A stretch of DNA of 64,000 nucleotides from the NCBI GenBank assembly GCA_053919585.1, contig CM132785.1; one strand, written 5' to 3'. Shown here piece after piece: positions 58,486-62,597 of the stretch; within the stretch, counting starts at the first letter, position 1; every line of letters starts with the position of its first letter. Position numbers and translations under genes: made by a program. Under the pieces are notes generated by a model. It ran no database searches. It had not been told where the DNA came from and saw only the letters and a list, made by a program, of their open reading frames with translations. Origin of the DNA: Euprymna scolopes. Taxonomy: Eukaryota.

Positions 58486-61400
58486 TCAACTTCATATAAA
58501 CGAGGATAATATGCACTTTTTATTCGCCACTTAGTTGTGAAATCTTATTTTCCGAATTGACGAATGCTAACCTTCTTTGCCGCCTTTCAGGACATAGTGA
58601 GTCTCTCTGGCCTTTTGGATATCGTCTTCCATGCCAGGGAAACCAGCTGACACACACATCTTAATTACTTTGTCCAGTTTTCGCTGATCTTTTTCTTCTA
58701 TGGCTTCCAATAGTTGTTGACGTAACATCTCAGGGGTTCTGCTTCCTGAGAATCACAACCGATTTATTCGATATAAGATATAATACGGAAAATGGCAAAC
58801 ATAACATTCATTGTTTAAGAAAAATAATATGGATCAAGGTTTGTATTGTGTGATTGATACAGTTTAGATTTAATAATTTACTTGGATAGTGAGCGCATTG
58901 AATTTTACATGTTGAAGTGATTCATTATGATTCGTTTACTTTTACAAAAATTATTAAAAGCAAAGAACGTTGCTGGCGATTGCAGCAACGAATTAATGTC
59001 AAATTATATGGATATGAGAACGATTGAATGGACATATGAAATCATATACTTGATCATTTAAATCACTTTAATATTATAAAGAGTATACACGAAGGTATTA
59101 CACTTATTTACAGCCGTTTCAATACAATGTTTATTTTAAGTTATCTAAACAAAAACATAAATGTCTTTTTAATATCGTATTTCGTTAGAGCAGAATTTTT
59201 CTTTGACAAGATTGACAGAAAGAAATTATTTAATAAAAAGGGCATGTGTGTATGTCTGTGTTCCAAAGAGAAAGAGAGAGAACAGGCGATTTTCGCAAAT
59301 ATTAATGTATGCTGACCTCCATAACCTCCACCCAGTTTGTTAAGCGTTTCTCTTGCATCTAAAAGGTCGAAACCAAGTTCGGGATACTCGGCTTTTTCAC
59401 ACTCGAGGATTATTCTTTCCATAGTTGGACGATCCTTTCCTTGCACAGCAATTCTGAGCTGTTGCCTTAAAACATCAGGCGATTTTGTAGCCATCATACG
59501 ATCTATGGTCAAAATAAATGTCATGGAAACCGAATATTAAATTTGGTATACACGGAAATGAAAAGTTCTTATCGTAGATATATGATTAGATTAGGCTCAA
59601 CGGATTAGGTTTTTCTCATGCTTTTTGGACCATCATAGATAATCTAAAGAAAAATAACATGCTTTTGATTTTAGTTCATCAACATAGTGTTATAAGTGCT
59701 TATATTATGTGTTATTCTTTAATTAATGTGTTAAATGGGGAATGCTTCGGTCGATTTATACACAAGTAAGCCCTGGAATTAAAATAGAAGATTAGAAAAA
59801 AACAAATACTTCGGAAATCGAGAACATTCCGTATTTTAAAGTCATTCATCTGAAAAATAATATTCATAAATGAATAATAAAAAATATTCGAATAAAAATA
59901 TAGTCCATCCGTGAATATATATTATTAGTGTTTTTATAGAAGAATTAAAATAAAGAAAATAGTGTTTTAAACTGTGTAAAACGCAAAGCGTTTCATAGAT
60001 TTGGTAACGATTGTATGTAAATTTAGAAGAAAGATGTTCATCTTTCAGTTATCTTTAGTCAATACTATCTATTTTCATGAAGGGTGCAGGCAAAACTCTC
60101 TTATCATACCGGTATAGCCACCTAATAAGTGAAAACCCTAAACAGTAACAATCAGGATAGAGTACAGTGTTAAACAGGTAGTTGGGTAAAATAAAAATCG
60201 TCAACTGGATAATTTCGAACGAGATAGAGAATGAAAAATACGGAGATGAATGGGGGAACAGAATTTGCAGACCTTCACTAAACTGCTCGACAATCAAGCC
60301 TGTCGTACTTCCGGATTGGTAAACGTCAGACATAACTTCAGTATAAACACTCTGTCCATAAGAACGAGGAACCATTCCAGACGATGAATAACCATAATAG
60401 ACAACACCTTTCAAATCAAAACAAAATCAATGAGAAACAACGCTAAATAAGATGGTAATTGTATTAAAAATAGTATTTTCGGCAATAGATAATTCTACAT
60501 TTAAACAAAATCAAAACAGCTTAACAATTTTACAAGCAAAAATAAGCCGGATAAAAACATTGCTTACAATGATAATATTTCAAACAGACAGGATTAATAA
60601 TACAATTAAAATATATAAATGACTTAAGTATGGTAAATTATATACGTGGACATATCATTAAATAAAGCATCTACAGAAAGCAATTAATTAAACTATTTTC
60701 AAATATCCAATCTGGAATTTTAATAGTATACCATTTTCATTGCATAATAAATATCACACGGTAAATATATTCATATTAAAATGATCATAATAACTAAGTT
60801 TTTAGCTATGAATTATACAATGTCATATATAGAAATACATACTCATATACATATATATAATTATATATATATATGTGTATATATATATTTATATATATAT
60901 ATATATATATATACATTATACTGTAGATGTATAAGTCCTCTTGAGTATGTACATATGTATGCTTGTATAATTACGTGTTTATTTTTTGTCTTATGGAGAA
61001 ATATGTGCGAAAATTTATAAAAAATATAGTATATGTTTCATAGATAAGTTTATTATTAGCAGAGACTTATGTGTTACTCCTTATGCAATCTTCTGATAGA
61101 GATAACGTATTTGCTGGCATTTATTTGAAAAGCAAACTCTGCCAAAGAATTTATAAATTTATCTCGGTCAGAAAACTGCATGTGTGAGAGGAAACACACT
61201 TAACAGTAAAACGCAATAAATAAAATCTATTATAAGCTTATTTAAATTTATGATAAGTTTCATGTTGCCCTATTTTCTAAATTAAAATATTAAAACACTG
61301 GGACTTTCGTATGAAATATACCTATTTTATGTAAAAATGCGTTTACACTGGTGCTTAATTCAGATTTTATAAGGTATGTTAAGAGATAAAACTTAACAAT

Positions 61401-61599
61401 ATATATTAACGTTTCTCTCAATAGTTAAGATGGTTTTATCAAAACTATACCAAAATAGTGGTAAAAATATATCTGTCGGCTTTTCGGTTTGTTACTCTTG
61501 ATAAATCCCTCGTAAAATTAGGCGAGAAGTTTAGATGTATTTTTAAGTTTTAGATCGCCTCTTTTCCATTTTATCTTATACCATCATATTTATTTAATC

Positions 61600-61672
<73 letters not shown>

Positions 61673-62597
61673 AACAAGTAGTTAATAAAACATGTTAAAA
61701 CACTTTGAAAAAGAGTTAAAAACATTTAATTTTTAAAAGAAAACACTAAATAAATGATAGTCCTTAATCCGCGGAGTTTCGAAGGACTATCCATTTATTT
61801 AGTGTTTCGTTTTAAAAATTAAATATGTTTTAACTCTTTTTCACAAGTGTTTTTTAACATGTTTTTTTAACTACTTGTTCTTATTATAAGCTCTATCTCC
61901 TATTTGGTTTTATCGAGCATTTACATCTGGTTGAGATATCTTTATAAATATGAATTCTTTAATATTTATATTTTACTTTAGTTTTGCCATCTTTGATCAT
62001 TTTGGTNNNNNNNNNNNNNNNNNNNNNNNNNNNNNNNNNNNNNNNNNNNNNNNNNNNNNNNNNNNNNNNNNNNNNNNNNNNNNNNNNNNNNNNNNNNNNN
62101 NNNNNNNNNNNNNNNNNNNNNNNNNNNNNNNNNNNNNNNAAAAATAGTATAGATCAAGATGAATTGCTAGTACACTCAATTCATTCAAAGAAATATTCCT
62201 CACCAGTTATACATCGTATTTTAACCCGCTGTAACATTGTAAAACAAAGTGCATGGTTTTACATTGTTGTAAAGCAATTACATACTTACTATACGTAAAA
62301 CTTAATACAATTTTCATACATAAATGCTGCAATACACAAACCTTACTAAAAGCTAGAAATATAATGAATAGCATTGGAAGCCGAAATAAATCGAGAGAAA
62401 TGGTTTAAAAACAAACTAACCTCTGTCAGGTCTGTTTAATAGGGAGTCCATATTGTCTCGAATAAATTCGATATCTGACCACAGTTCAGAATGACCAAGT
62501 GACAAACATTCATCAACGCTTTGTTCTAGGGCATGACGATCGTTTTGTCTTACATTGGCCATCAGTTTTTCACGCTGTTTTTCGACATTCTTACAAC
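345..62597 (-). CDS. Partial giant multi-exon gene: tandem helical-repeat protein (75 symmetric phase-1 exons, ~3,830 aa in window; both ends outside window)
   Basis: 75 GC-richer islands in AT-rich DNA. Each is bounded by AG/GT on the minus strand, has a length divisible by 3 and the same phase, and encodes homologous repeats in a regular order. Every exon I translated is open. No start exon or unique terminal exon seen. Confidence 0.88.
793..978 (-). CDS. exon, U1 class A repeat
   Basis: 186 nt, AG..GTCAG; DISLDDLTPEILRDQLRLAVKNKDRPKLEQLIDIAEEAKYPELAFDVCDAREALFKLSGGYG. Confidence 0.9.
1457..1531 (-). CDS. exon, U1 linker L1
   Basis: 75 nt, AG..GTTCG; GSWSFPQFEMKLPKFSLFRKKHGDT. Confidence 0.87.
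1868..2053 (-). CDS. exon, U1 class E repeat
   Basis: 186 nt, AG..GTTAG; DVSIELMPPEDLRYQMRLAMKNNDRPALEKLILEAEEAQYPELEVDLKEAREALPKMEADVE. Confidence 0.9.
2705..2779 (-). CDS. exon, U1 linker L2
   Basis: 75 nt, AG..GTTCG; GSLSFPDINIKMPSFGLFSKKKKDK. Confidence 0.87.
3203..3376 (-). CDS. exon, U1 class B repeat
   Basis: 174 nt, AG..GTTTG; GELSVDELKLKLKGAIKENDPDLLAKVIDECVSYGHPELMPNIQEARLRLDTLEESGK. Confidence 0.9.
3764..3937 (-). CDS. exon, U1 class C repeat
   Basis: 174 nt, AG..GTTAG; ELKTPEFYRGKLRAAIKNKDRAQLEKAILECEKAGFPELSLDLNLARDTLEGMGFGRG. Confidence 0.9.
4095..4438 (-). mobile_element. 5S rRNA-derived SINE (SINE3-like), degenerate, with internal (TA)n expansion
   Basis: Reverse complement of ~4325-4438 reads TATGGCATTATCACGTTGACACACCAGTCTCCGTCAAATCAACAAAGTTAAGCAACG..ATGGGTGACC..GGAAT, colinear with metazoan 5S rRNA. 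The non-5S body is shared with the copy at ~56245-56468. The 3' end is approximate. Confidence 0.75.
4223..4281. repeat. (TA)n microsatellite
   Basis: Direct read. Similar intronic tracts at ~6266, 11452, 14955, 23670, 28422, 37038 (TA then GA), 51199, 51957, 52186, 56048, 58415, 61603 and 63011. Confidence 0.95.
5339..5512 (-). CDS. exon, U2 class D repeat
   Basis: 174 nt, AG..GTTAG; homologous to 345-518. Confidence 0.9.
5761..5946 (-). CDS. exon, U2 class A repeat
   Basis: 186 nt, AG..GTTAG; homologous to 793-978. Confidence 0.9.
6406..6480 (-). CDS. exon, U2 linker L1
   Basis: 75 nt, AG..GTTCG; homologous to 1457-1531. Confidence 0.87.
6861..7046 (-). CDS. exon, U2 class E repeat
   Basis: 186 nt, AG..GTTAG. 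Confidence 0.9.
7418..7492 (-). CDS. exon, U2 linker L2
   Basis: 75 nt, AG..GTTCG. Confidence 0.87.
7935..8108 (-). CDS. exon, U2 class B repeat
   Basis: 174 nt, AG..GTTTG; inside ORF 7927-8115. Confidence 0.9.
8615..8788 (-). CDS. exon, U2 class C repeat
   Basis: 174 nt, AG..GTTAG. Confidence 0.9.
9217..9390 (-). CDS. exon, U3 class D repeat
   Basis: 174 nt, AG..GTTAG. Confidence 0.9.
9652..9837 (-). CDS. exon, U3 class A repeat
   Basis: 186 nt, AG..GTTAG; overlaps ORF 9647-9829. Confidence 0.9.
10333..10407 (-). CDS. exon, U3 linker L1
   Basis: 75 nt, AG..GTTTG. Confidence 0.87.
10783..10968 (-). CDS. exon, U3 class E repeat
   Basis: 186 nt, AG..GTTAG. Confidence 0.9.
11703..11777 (-). 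CDS. exon, U3 linker L2
   Basis: 75 nt, AG..GTTCG. Confidence 0.87.
12168..12341 (-). CDS. exon, U3 class B repeat
   Basis: 174 nt, AG..GTTTG; inside ORF 12019-12348. Confidence 0.9.
12809..12982 (-). CDS. exon, U3 class C repeat
   Basis: 174 nt, AG..GTTAG. Confidence 0.9.
13491..13664 (-). CDS. exon, U4 class D repeat
   Basis: 174 nt, AG..GTTAG. Confidence 0.9.
13923..14108 (-). CDS. exon, U4 class A repeat
   Basis: 186 nt, AG..GTTAG. Confidence 0.9.
14312..14442. other. assembly gap (N run)
   Basis: Run of N; exon order is unbroken across it. Confidence 0.99.
14543..14617 (-). CDS. exon, U4 linker L1
   Basis: 75 nt, AG..GTTCG. Confidence 0.87.
15061..15246 (-). CDS. exon, U4 class E repeat
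   Basis: 186 nt, AG..GTTAG. Confidence 0.9.
15797..15871 (-). CDS. exon, U4 linker L2
   Basis: 75 nt, AG..GTTCG. Confidence 0.87.
16204..16377 (-). CDS. exon, U4 class B repeat
   Basis: 174 nt, AG..GTTTG; inside ORF 16172-16486. Confidence 0.9.
16898..17071 (-). CDS. exon, U4 class C repeat
   Basis: 174 nt, AG..GTTAG. Confidence 0.9.
17583..17756 (-). CDS. exon, U5 class D repeat
   Basis: 174 nt, AG..GTTAG; inside ORF 17578-17787. Confidence 0.9.
18064..18249 (-). CDS. exon, U5 class A repeat
   Basis: 186 nt, AG..GTTAG. Confidence 0.9.
18727..18801 (-). CDS. exon, U5 linker L1
   Basis: 75 nt, AG..GTTCG. Confidence 0.87.
19238..19423 (-). CDS. exon, U5 class E repeat
   Basis: 186 nt, AG..GTTAG. 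Confidence 0.9.
19977..20051 (-). CDS. exon, U5 linker L2
   Basis: 75 nt, AG..GTTCG. Confidence 0.87.
20380..20553 (-). CDS. exon, U5 class B repeat
   Basis: 174 nt, AG..GTTTG; inside ORF 20369-20680. Confidence 0.9.
20939..21112 (-). CDS. exon, U5 class C repeat
   Basis: 174 nt, AG..GTTAG. Confidence 0.9.
21648..21821 (-). CDS. exon, U6 class D repeat
   Basis: 174 nt, AG..GTTAG. Confidence 0.9.
22235..22420 (-). CDS. exon, U6 class A repeat
   Basis: 186 nt, AG..GTTAG. Confidence 0.9.
22832..22906 (-). CDS. exon, U6 linker L1
   Basis: 75 nt, AG..GTTCG; GSWSFPQLEMKSPKFSLFRKKYGDT. Confidence 0.87.
23384..23569 (-). CDS. exon, U6 class E repeat (diverged)
   Basis: 186 nt, AG..GTTAA; DVTDEPRSPDVLRYGISLAIKNKDTPLLEKFILEAERANYPELEFELEQARKVLPKLGDEVE. 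Confidence 0.87.
24413..24478 (-). CDS. exon, U6 linker L2 (9-nt in-frame deletion)
   Basis: 66 nt, AG..GTTTG; GSMSFPIKITSFELFSKKKEDK. Confidence 0.82.
24820..24993 (-). CDS. exon, U6 class B repeat
   Basis: 174 nt, AG..GTTTG; inside ORF 24782-25000. Confidence 0.9.
25493..25666 (-). CDS. exon, U6 class C repeat
   Basis: 174 nt, AG..GTTAG. Confidence 0.9.
25928..26200 (+). mobile_element. SINE-like interspersed repeat with (CCAA)n tail
   Basis: GC-rich intronic island (ATTGCCATTGCTCCCAGGTCCACTCTGACCCGGAGTG..GTACCTGTTAGGGTCCC) ending GCCATAAAACAACCAACCAACCAACCA. It resembles an abundant cephalopod SINE from recollection, not from a search. Confidence 0.65.
26308..26481 (-). CDS. exon, U7 class D repeat
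   Basis: 174 nt, AG..GTTAG; inside ORF 26303-26536. Confidence 0.9.
26797..26982 (-). CDS. exon, U7 class A repeat
   Basis: 186 nt, AG..GTTAG. Confidence 0.9.
27464..27538 (-). CDS. exon, U7 linker L1
   Basis: 75 nt, AG..GTTTG. Confidence 0.87.
27970..28143 (-). CDS. exon, U7 extra class B repeat occupying the E slot
   Basis: 174 nt, AG..GTTGG; GELSVDDLRLKLKGAIKRNDPEFLEKVITECISSGYPELNPDIQEAKIHLASLEESDK. Confidence 0.88.
29147..29221 (-). CDS. exon, U7 linker L2
   Basis: 75 nt, AG..GTTCG; GSISFPEFNIKVPSFGFFSKKKEDE. Confidence 0.87.
29667..29840 (-). CDS. exon, U7 class B repeat
   Basis: 174 nt, AG..GTTTG; overlaps ORF 29653-29835. Confidence 0.9.
30409..30582 (-). CDS. exon, U7 class C repeat
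   Basis: 174 nt, AG..GTTAG. Confidence 0.9.
30931..31104 (-). CDS. exon, U8 class D repeat
   Basis: 174 nt, AG..GTTAG; inside ORF 30926-31132. Confidence 0.9.
32429..32614 (-). CDS. exon, U8 class A repeat
   Basis: 186 nt, AG..GTTAG; inside ORF 32424-32663. Confidence 0.9.
33048..33122 (-). CDS. exon, U8 linker L1
   Basis: 75 nt, AG..GTTTG. Confidence 0.87.
33802..33987 (-). CDS. exon, U8 class E repeat
   Basis: 186 nt, AG..GTTAG. Confidence 0.9.
34558..34632 (-). CDS. exon, U8 linker L2
   Basis: 75 nt, AG..GTTCG; GSFSFPGFNVRMPSTGIFSRKKHHK. Confidence 0.85.
35524..35697 (-). CDS. exon, U8 class B repeat
   Basis: 174 nt, AG..GTTCG; inside ORF 35480-35863. Confidence 0.9.
36353..36526 (-). 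CDS. exon, U8 class C repeat
   Basis: 174 nt, AG..GTTAG. Confidence 0.9.
36667..36960. mobile_element. possible MITE remnant
   Basis: Short inverted ends CAGTTTACGA ... TCGTAAACTG around a GC-richer core. Confidence 0.3.
37295..37468 (-). CDS. exon, U9 class D repeat
   Basis: 174 nt, AG..GTTAG; inside ORF 37290-37475. Confidence 0.9.
38314..38499 (-). CDS. exon, U9 class A/E-type repeat
   Basis: 186 nt, AG..GTTAG; DVSVQVMTPETLSEQLRVTAQNNDRPNLERLIQVAEEVQYPELGLDLREARESLHKMGGGYG. Confidence 0.9.
38658..38770. repeat. imperfect palindrome / foldback element (~50-bp arms)
   Basis: ATTTAGTCAGGGCTGGGCATAAGTAAAGAATACCAAAAGGTGAAA pairs imperfectly with TTTCACTTTATGGTATTCATTGCTTATTTCCAGTCCCGCGGACTAAAT. 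Confidence 0.75.
39495..39569 (-). CDS. exon, U9 single linker L
   Basis: 75 nt, AG..GTTCG; GFKPFSGFQMKLPSMRLFSKGETQP. Confidence 0.85.
39699..40135. mobile_element. MITE-like element
   Basis: Perfect 15-bp inverted ends AAAGGAATCCGTAAC ... GTTACGGATTCCTTT, with some further imperfect pairing inside. Confidence 0.5.
40504..40677 (-). CDS. exon, U9 class B repeat
   Basis: 174 nt, AG..GTTTG; inside ORF 40493-40714. Confidence 0.9.
40831..40880. repeat. short direct duplication
   Basis: TTCTAATCAATTGAATTAC occurs twice, ~30 bp apart. Confidence 0.8.
41785..42110. repeat. degenerate tandem duplication (~185-bp period), intronic
   Basis: ATCTTAAG..AAGAC..AAAGTCAGAAA.TAATAGA..TAGAAAAAATGTG.TTT..GCAAAAAGA occurs twice. 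Confidence 0.6.
43069..43242 (-). CDS. exon, U9 class C repeat
   Basis: 174 nt, AG..GTTAG; GMKAPGTLRGELKAAIESKSQPELEKAIIECEEVCYPELSLDLRQARDTLDGMGFGRG. Confidence 0.9.
43645..43818 (-). CDS. exon, U10 class D repeat
   Basis: 174 nt, AG..GTTAG; GSITPEKVRVQLKTAVKEKDKKALDLAVKESIVTGMPGIEVDIQEARDALCQLEGRPG. Confidence 0.9.
44998..45183 (-). CDS. exon, U10 class A repeat
   Basis: 186 nt, AG..GTTAG; overlaps ORF 44993-45178. Confidence 0.9.
45618..45879 (+). mobile_element. possible non-autonomous Helitron remnant
   Basis: TCTA-rich start, a GTGTGTCTGT tract, a GGTCGATTTTTATGAAATT motif and a degenerate hairpin-like end before TTAGT. This layout is typical of short invertebrate Helitrons, but the copy is degenerate. 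Confidence 0.4.
47701..47838 (-). CDS. exon, U10 long unique linker
   Basis: 138 nt, AG..GTTAG, in the linker slot; GFASPGASHPLFTTSGGKITYGDQHFPPGMMSVDMGQVGYPFSEGR. Confidence 0.75.
49173..49346 (-). CDS. exon, U10 class B repeat
   Basis: 174 nt, AG..GTGGG; GSQTPESLRLSLDSAKRENDAEALEIAIDECVSSGHPELFPDIQQARNILVFMETGRE. Confidence 0.87.
49807..49980 (-). CDS. exon, U10 class C repeat
   Basis: 174 nt, AG..GTTAG; GSKSPKDIRENLRRAIKQKSRPHLENVILECEETGYPELSRDLLEARDTLEKLGFGRG. Confidence 0.9.
50321..50494 (-). CDS. exon, U11 D-slot repeat
   Basis: 174 nt, AG..GTCAG; GKTNPEHLRNKLNEAIKEKNPSHLAKVIKKCLASGFPELDPDIRRARASLDHLRGNER. Confidence 0.88.
50975..51160 (-). CDS. exon, U11 class A repeat
   Basis: 186 nt, AG..GTCAG; ELFGGGKSPNVLREELILATEQKDQPALENLLVEAEHLEYPELAYEVREARLTHKKLGGVYG. 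Confidence 0.88.
51685..51837 (-). CDS. exon, U11 long unique linker (alternative in-frame acceptor at 51801)
   Basis: 153 nt (or 117 nt), AG..GTTAG; VMSPGFISTEYPGSPGSPQRRTVKMVTTHRVHTGFPETMSGFYHRLMGGTK. Confidence 0.7.
53763..53936 (-). CDS. exon, U11 class B repeat
   Basis: 174 nt, AG..GTCAG; inside ORF 53662-53961. Confidence 0.9.
55368..55541 (-). CDS. exon, U11 class C repeat
   Basis: 174 nt, AG..GTTAG; GLKSPKEILDRLKKASESKNRPELEKAIIECEEACYPELSRDLLEARDILESMGFGRG. Confidence 0.9.
56245..56468 (-). mobile_element. 5S rRNA-derived SINE (SINE3-like), second copy
   Basis: Reverse complement reads GTACGGCATAATCATGTTAACCCACCGGTTCTCAATAGATCACCGAAGTTAAGTAACGT..AGTA..GGTGGCTGAC..TGGGAATACC..GCTGTA (5S-like head), then GTAGGAGGACACT..CAAAAACCTA..TGCGA.TGGGGA..GCTTGT..CCTTCGGA, shared with the 4095-4438 copy. 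Confidence 0.78.
57640..57880 (-). mobile_element. tRNA-derived SINE, degenerate
   Basis: The minus strand begins with a tRNA-like head (TGGCATACTGGTAAGAGTGTCCGC..AGACTGGGATTCAAATTTCGGTCAAGTCATA, A/B-box-like), followed by a body resembling mollusc SINEs. Confidence 0.65.
58572..58745 (-). CDS. exon, U12 class D repeat
   Basis: 174 nt, AG..GTTAG; GSRTPEMLRQQLLEAIEEKDQRKLDKVIKMCVSAGFPGMEDDIQKARETHYVLKGGKE. Confidence 0.9.
59317..59502 (-). CDS. exon, U12 class A repeat
   Basis: 186 nt, AG..GTCAG; inside ORF 59141-59524. Confidence 0.9.
60273..60407 (-). CDS. exon, U12 long unique linker
   Basis: 135 nt, AG..GTCTG, in the linker slot; GVVYYGYSSSGMVPRSYGQSVYTEVMSDVYQSGSTTGLIVEQFSE. Confidence 0.7.
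61671..61881. repeat. long imperfect palindrome (~95-bp arms), foldback/MITE-like
   Basis: AGAACAAGTAGTTAA..AACACTAAATAAATGATAGTCCTT pairs with AAGGACTATCCATTTATTTAGTGTT..TTAACTACTTGTTCT; centre near 61772. Confidence 0.85.
62007..62139. other. assembly gap (N run)
   Basis: Run of N. Confidence 0.99.
62421..62597 (-). CDS. exon, U12 class B repeat (most diverged)
   Basis: 177 nt, AG..GTTAG; GCKNVEKQREKLMANVRQNDRHALEQSVDECLSLGHSELWSDIEFIRDNMDSLLNRPDR. Confidence 0.85.

Noticed and set aside
813-59540. Recurring plus-strand ORFs (813-1073, 9672-9878, 17603-17791, 26349-26618, 59337-59540 and others)
   Set aside because: They are antisense shadows of the conserved minus-strand exons, with no consistent start or splice signals.
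61950-62298. ORFs spanning poly-X
   Set aside because: Artefacts of the N gap.
345-62597. CRISPR array, satellite DNA or prokaryotic repeat system
   Set aside because: The repeats are 66-186 nt spliceosomal exons with codon-structured variation, separated by introns of variable length. No cas-like ORFs are present.
345-62597. Classic Dscam-style mutually exclusive cluster with docking/selector sites
   Set aside because: Exon classes are interleaved in an ordered super-repeat rather than grouped as like alternatives, and I saw no common selector sequence. It cannot be fully excluded without transcripts.
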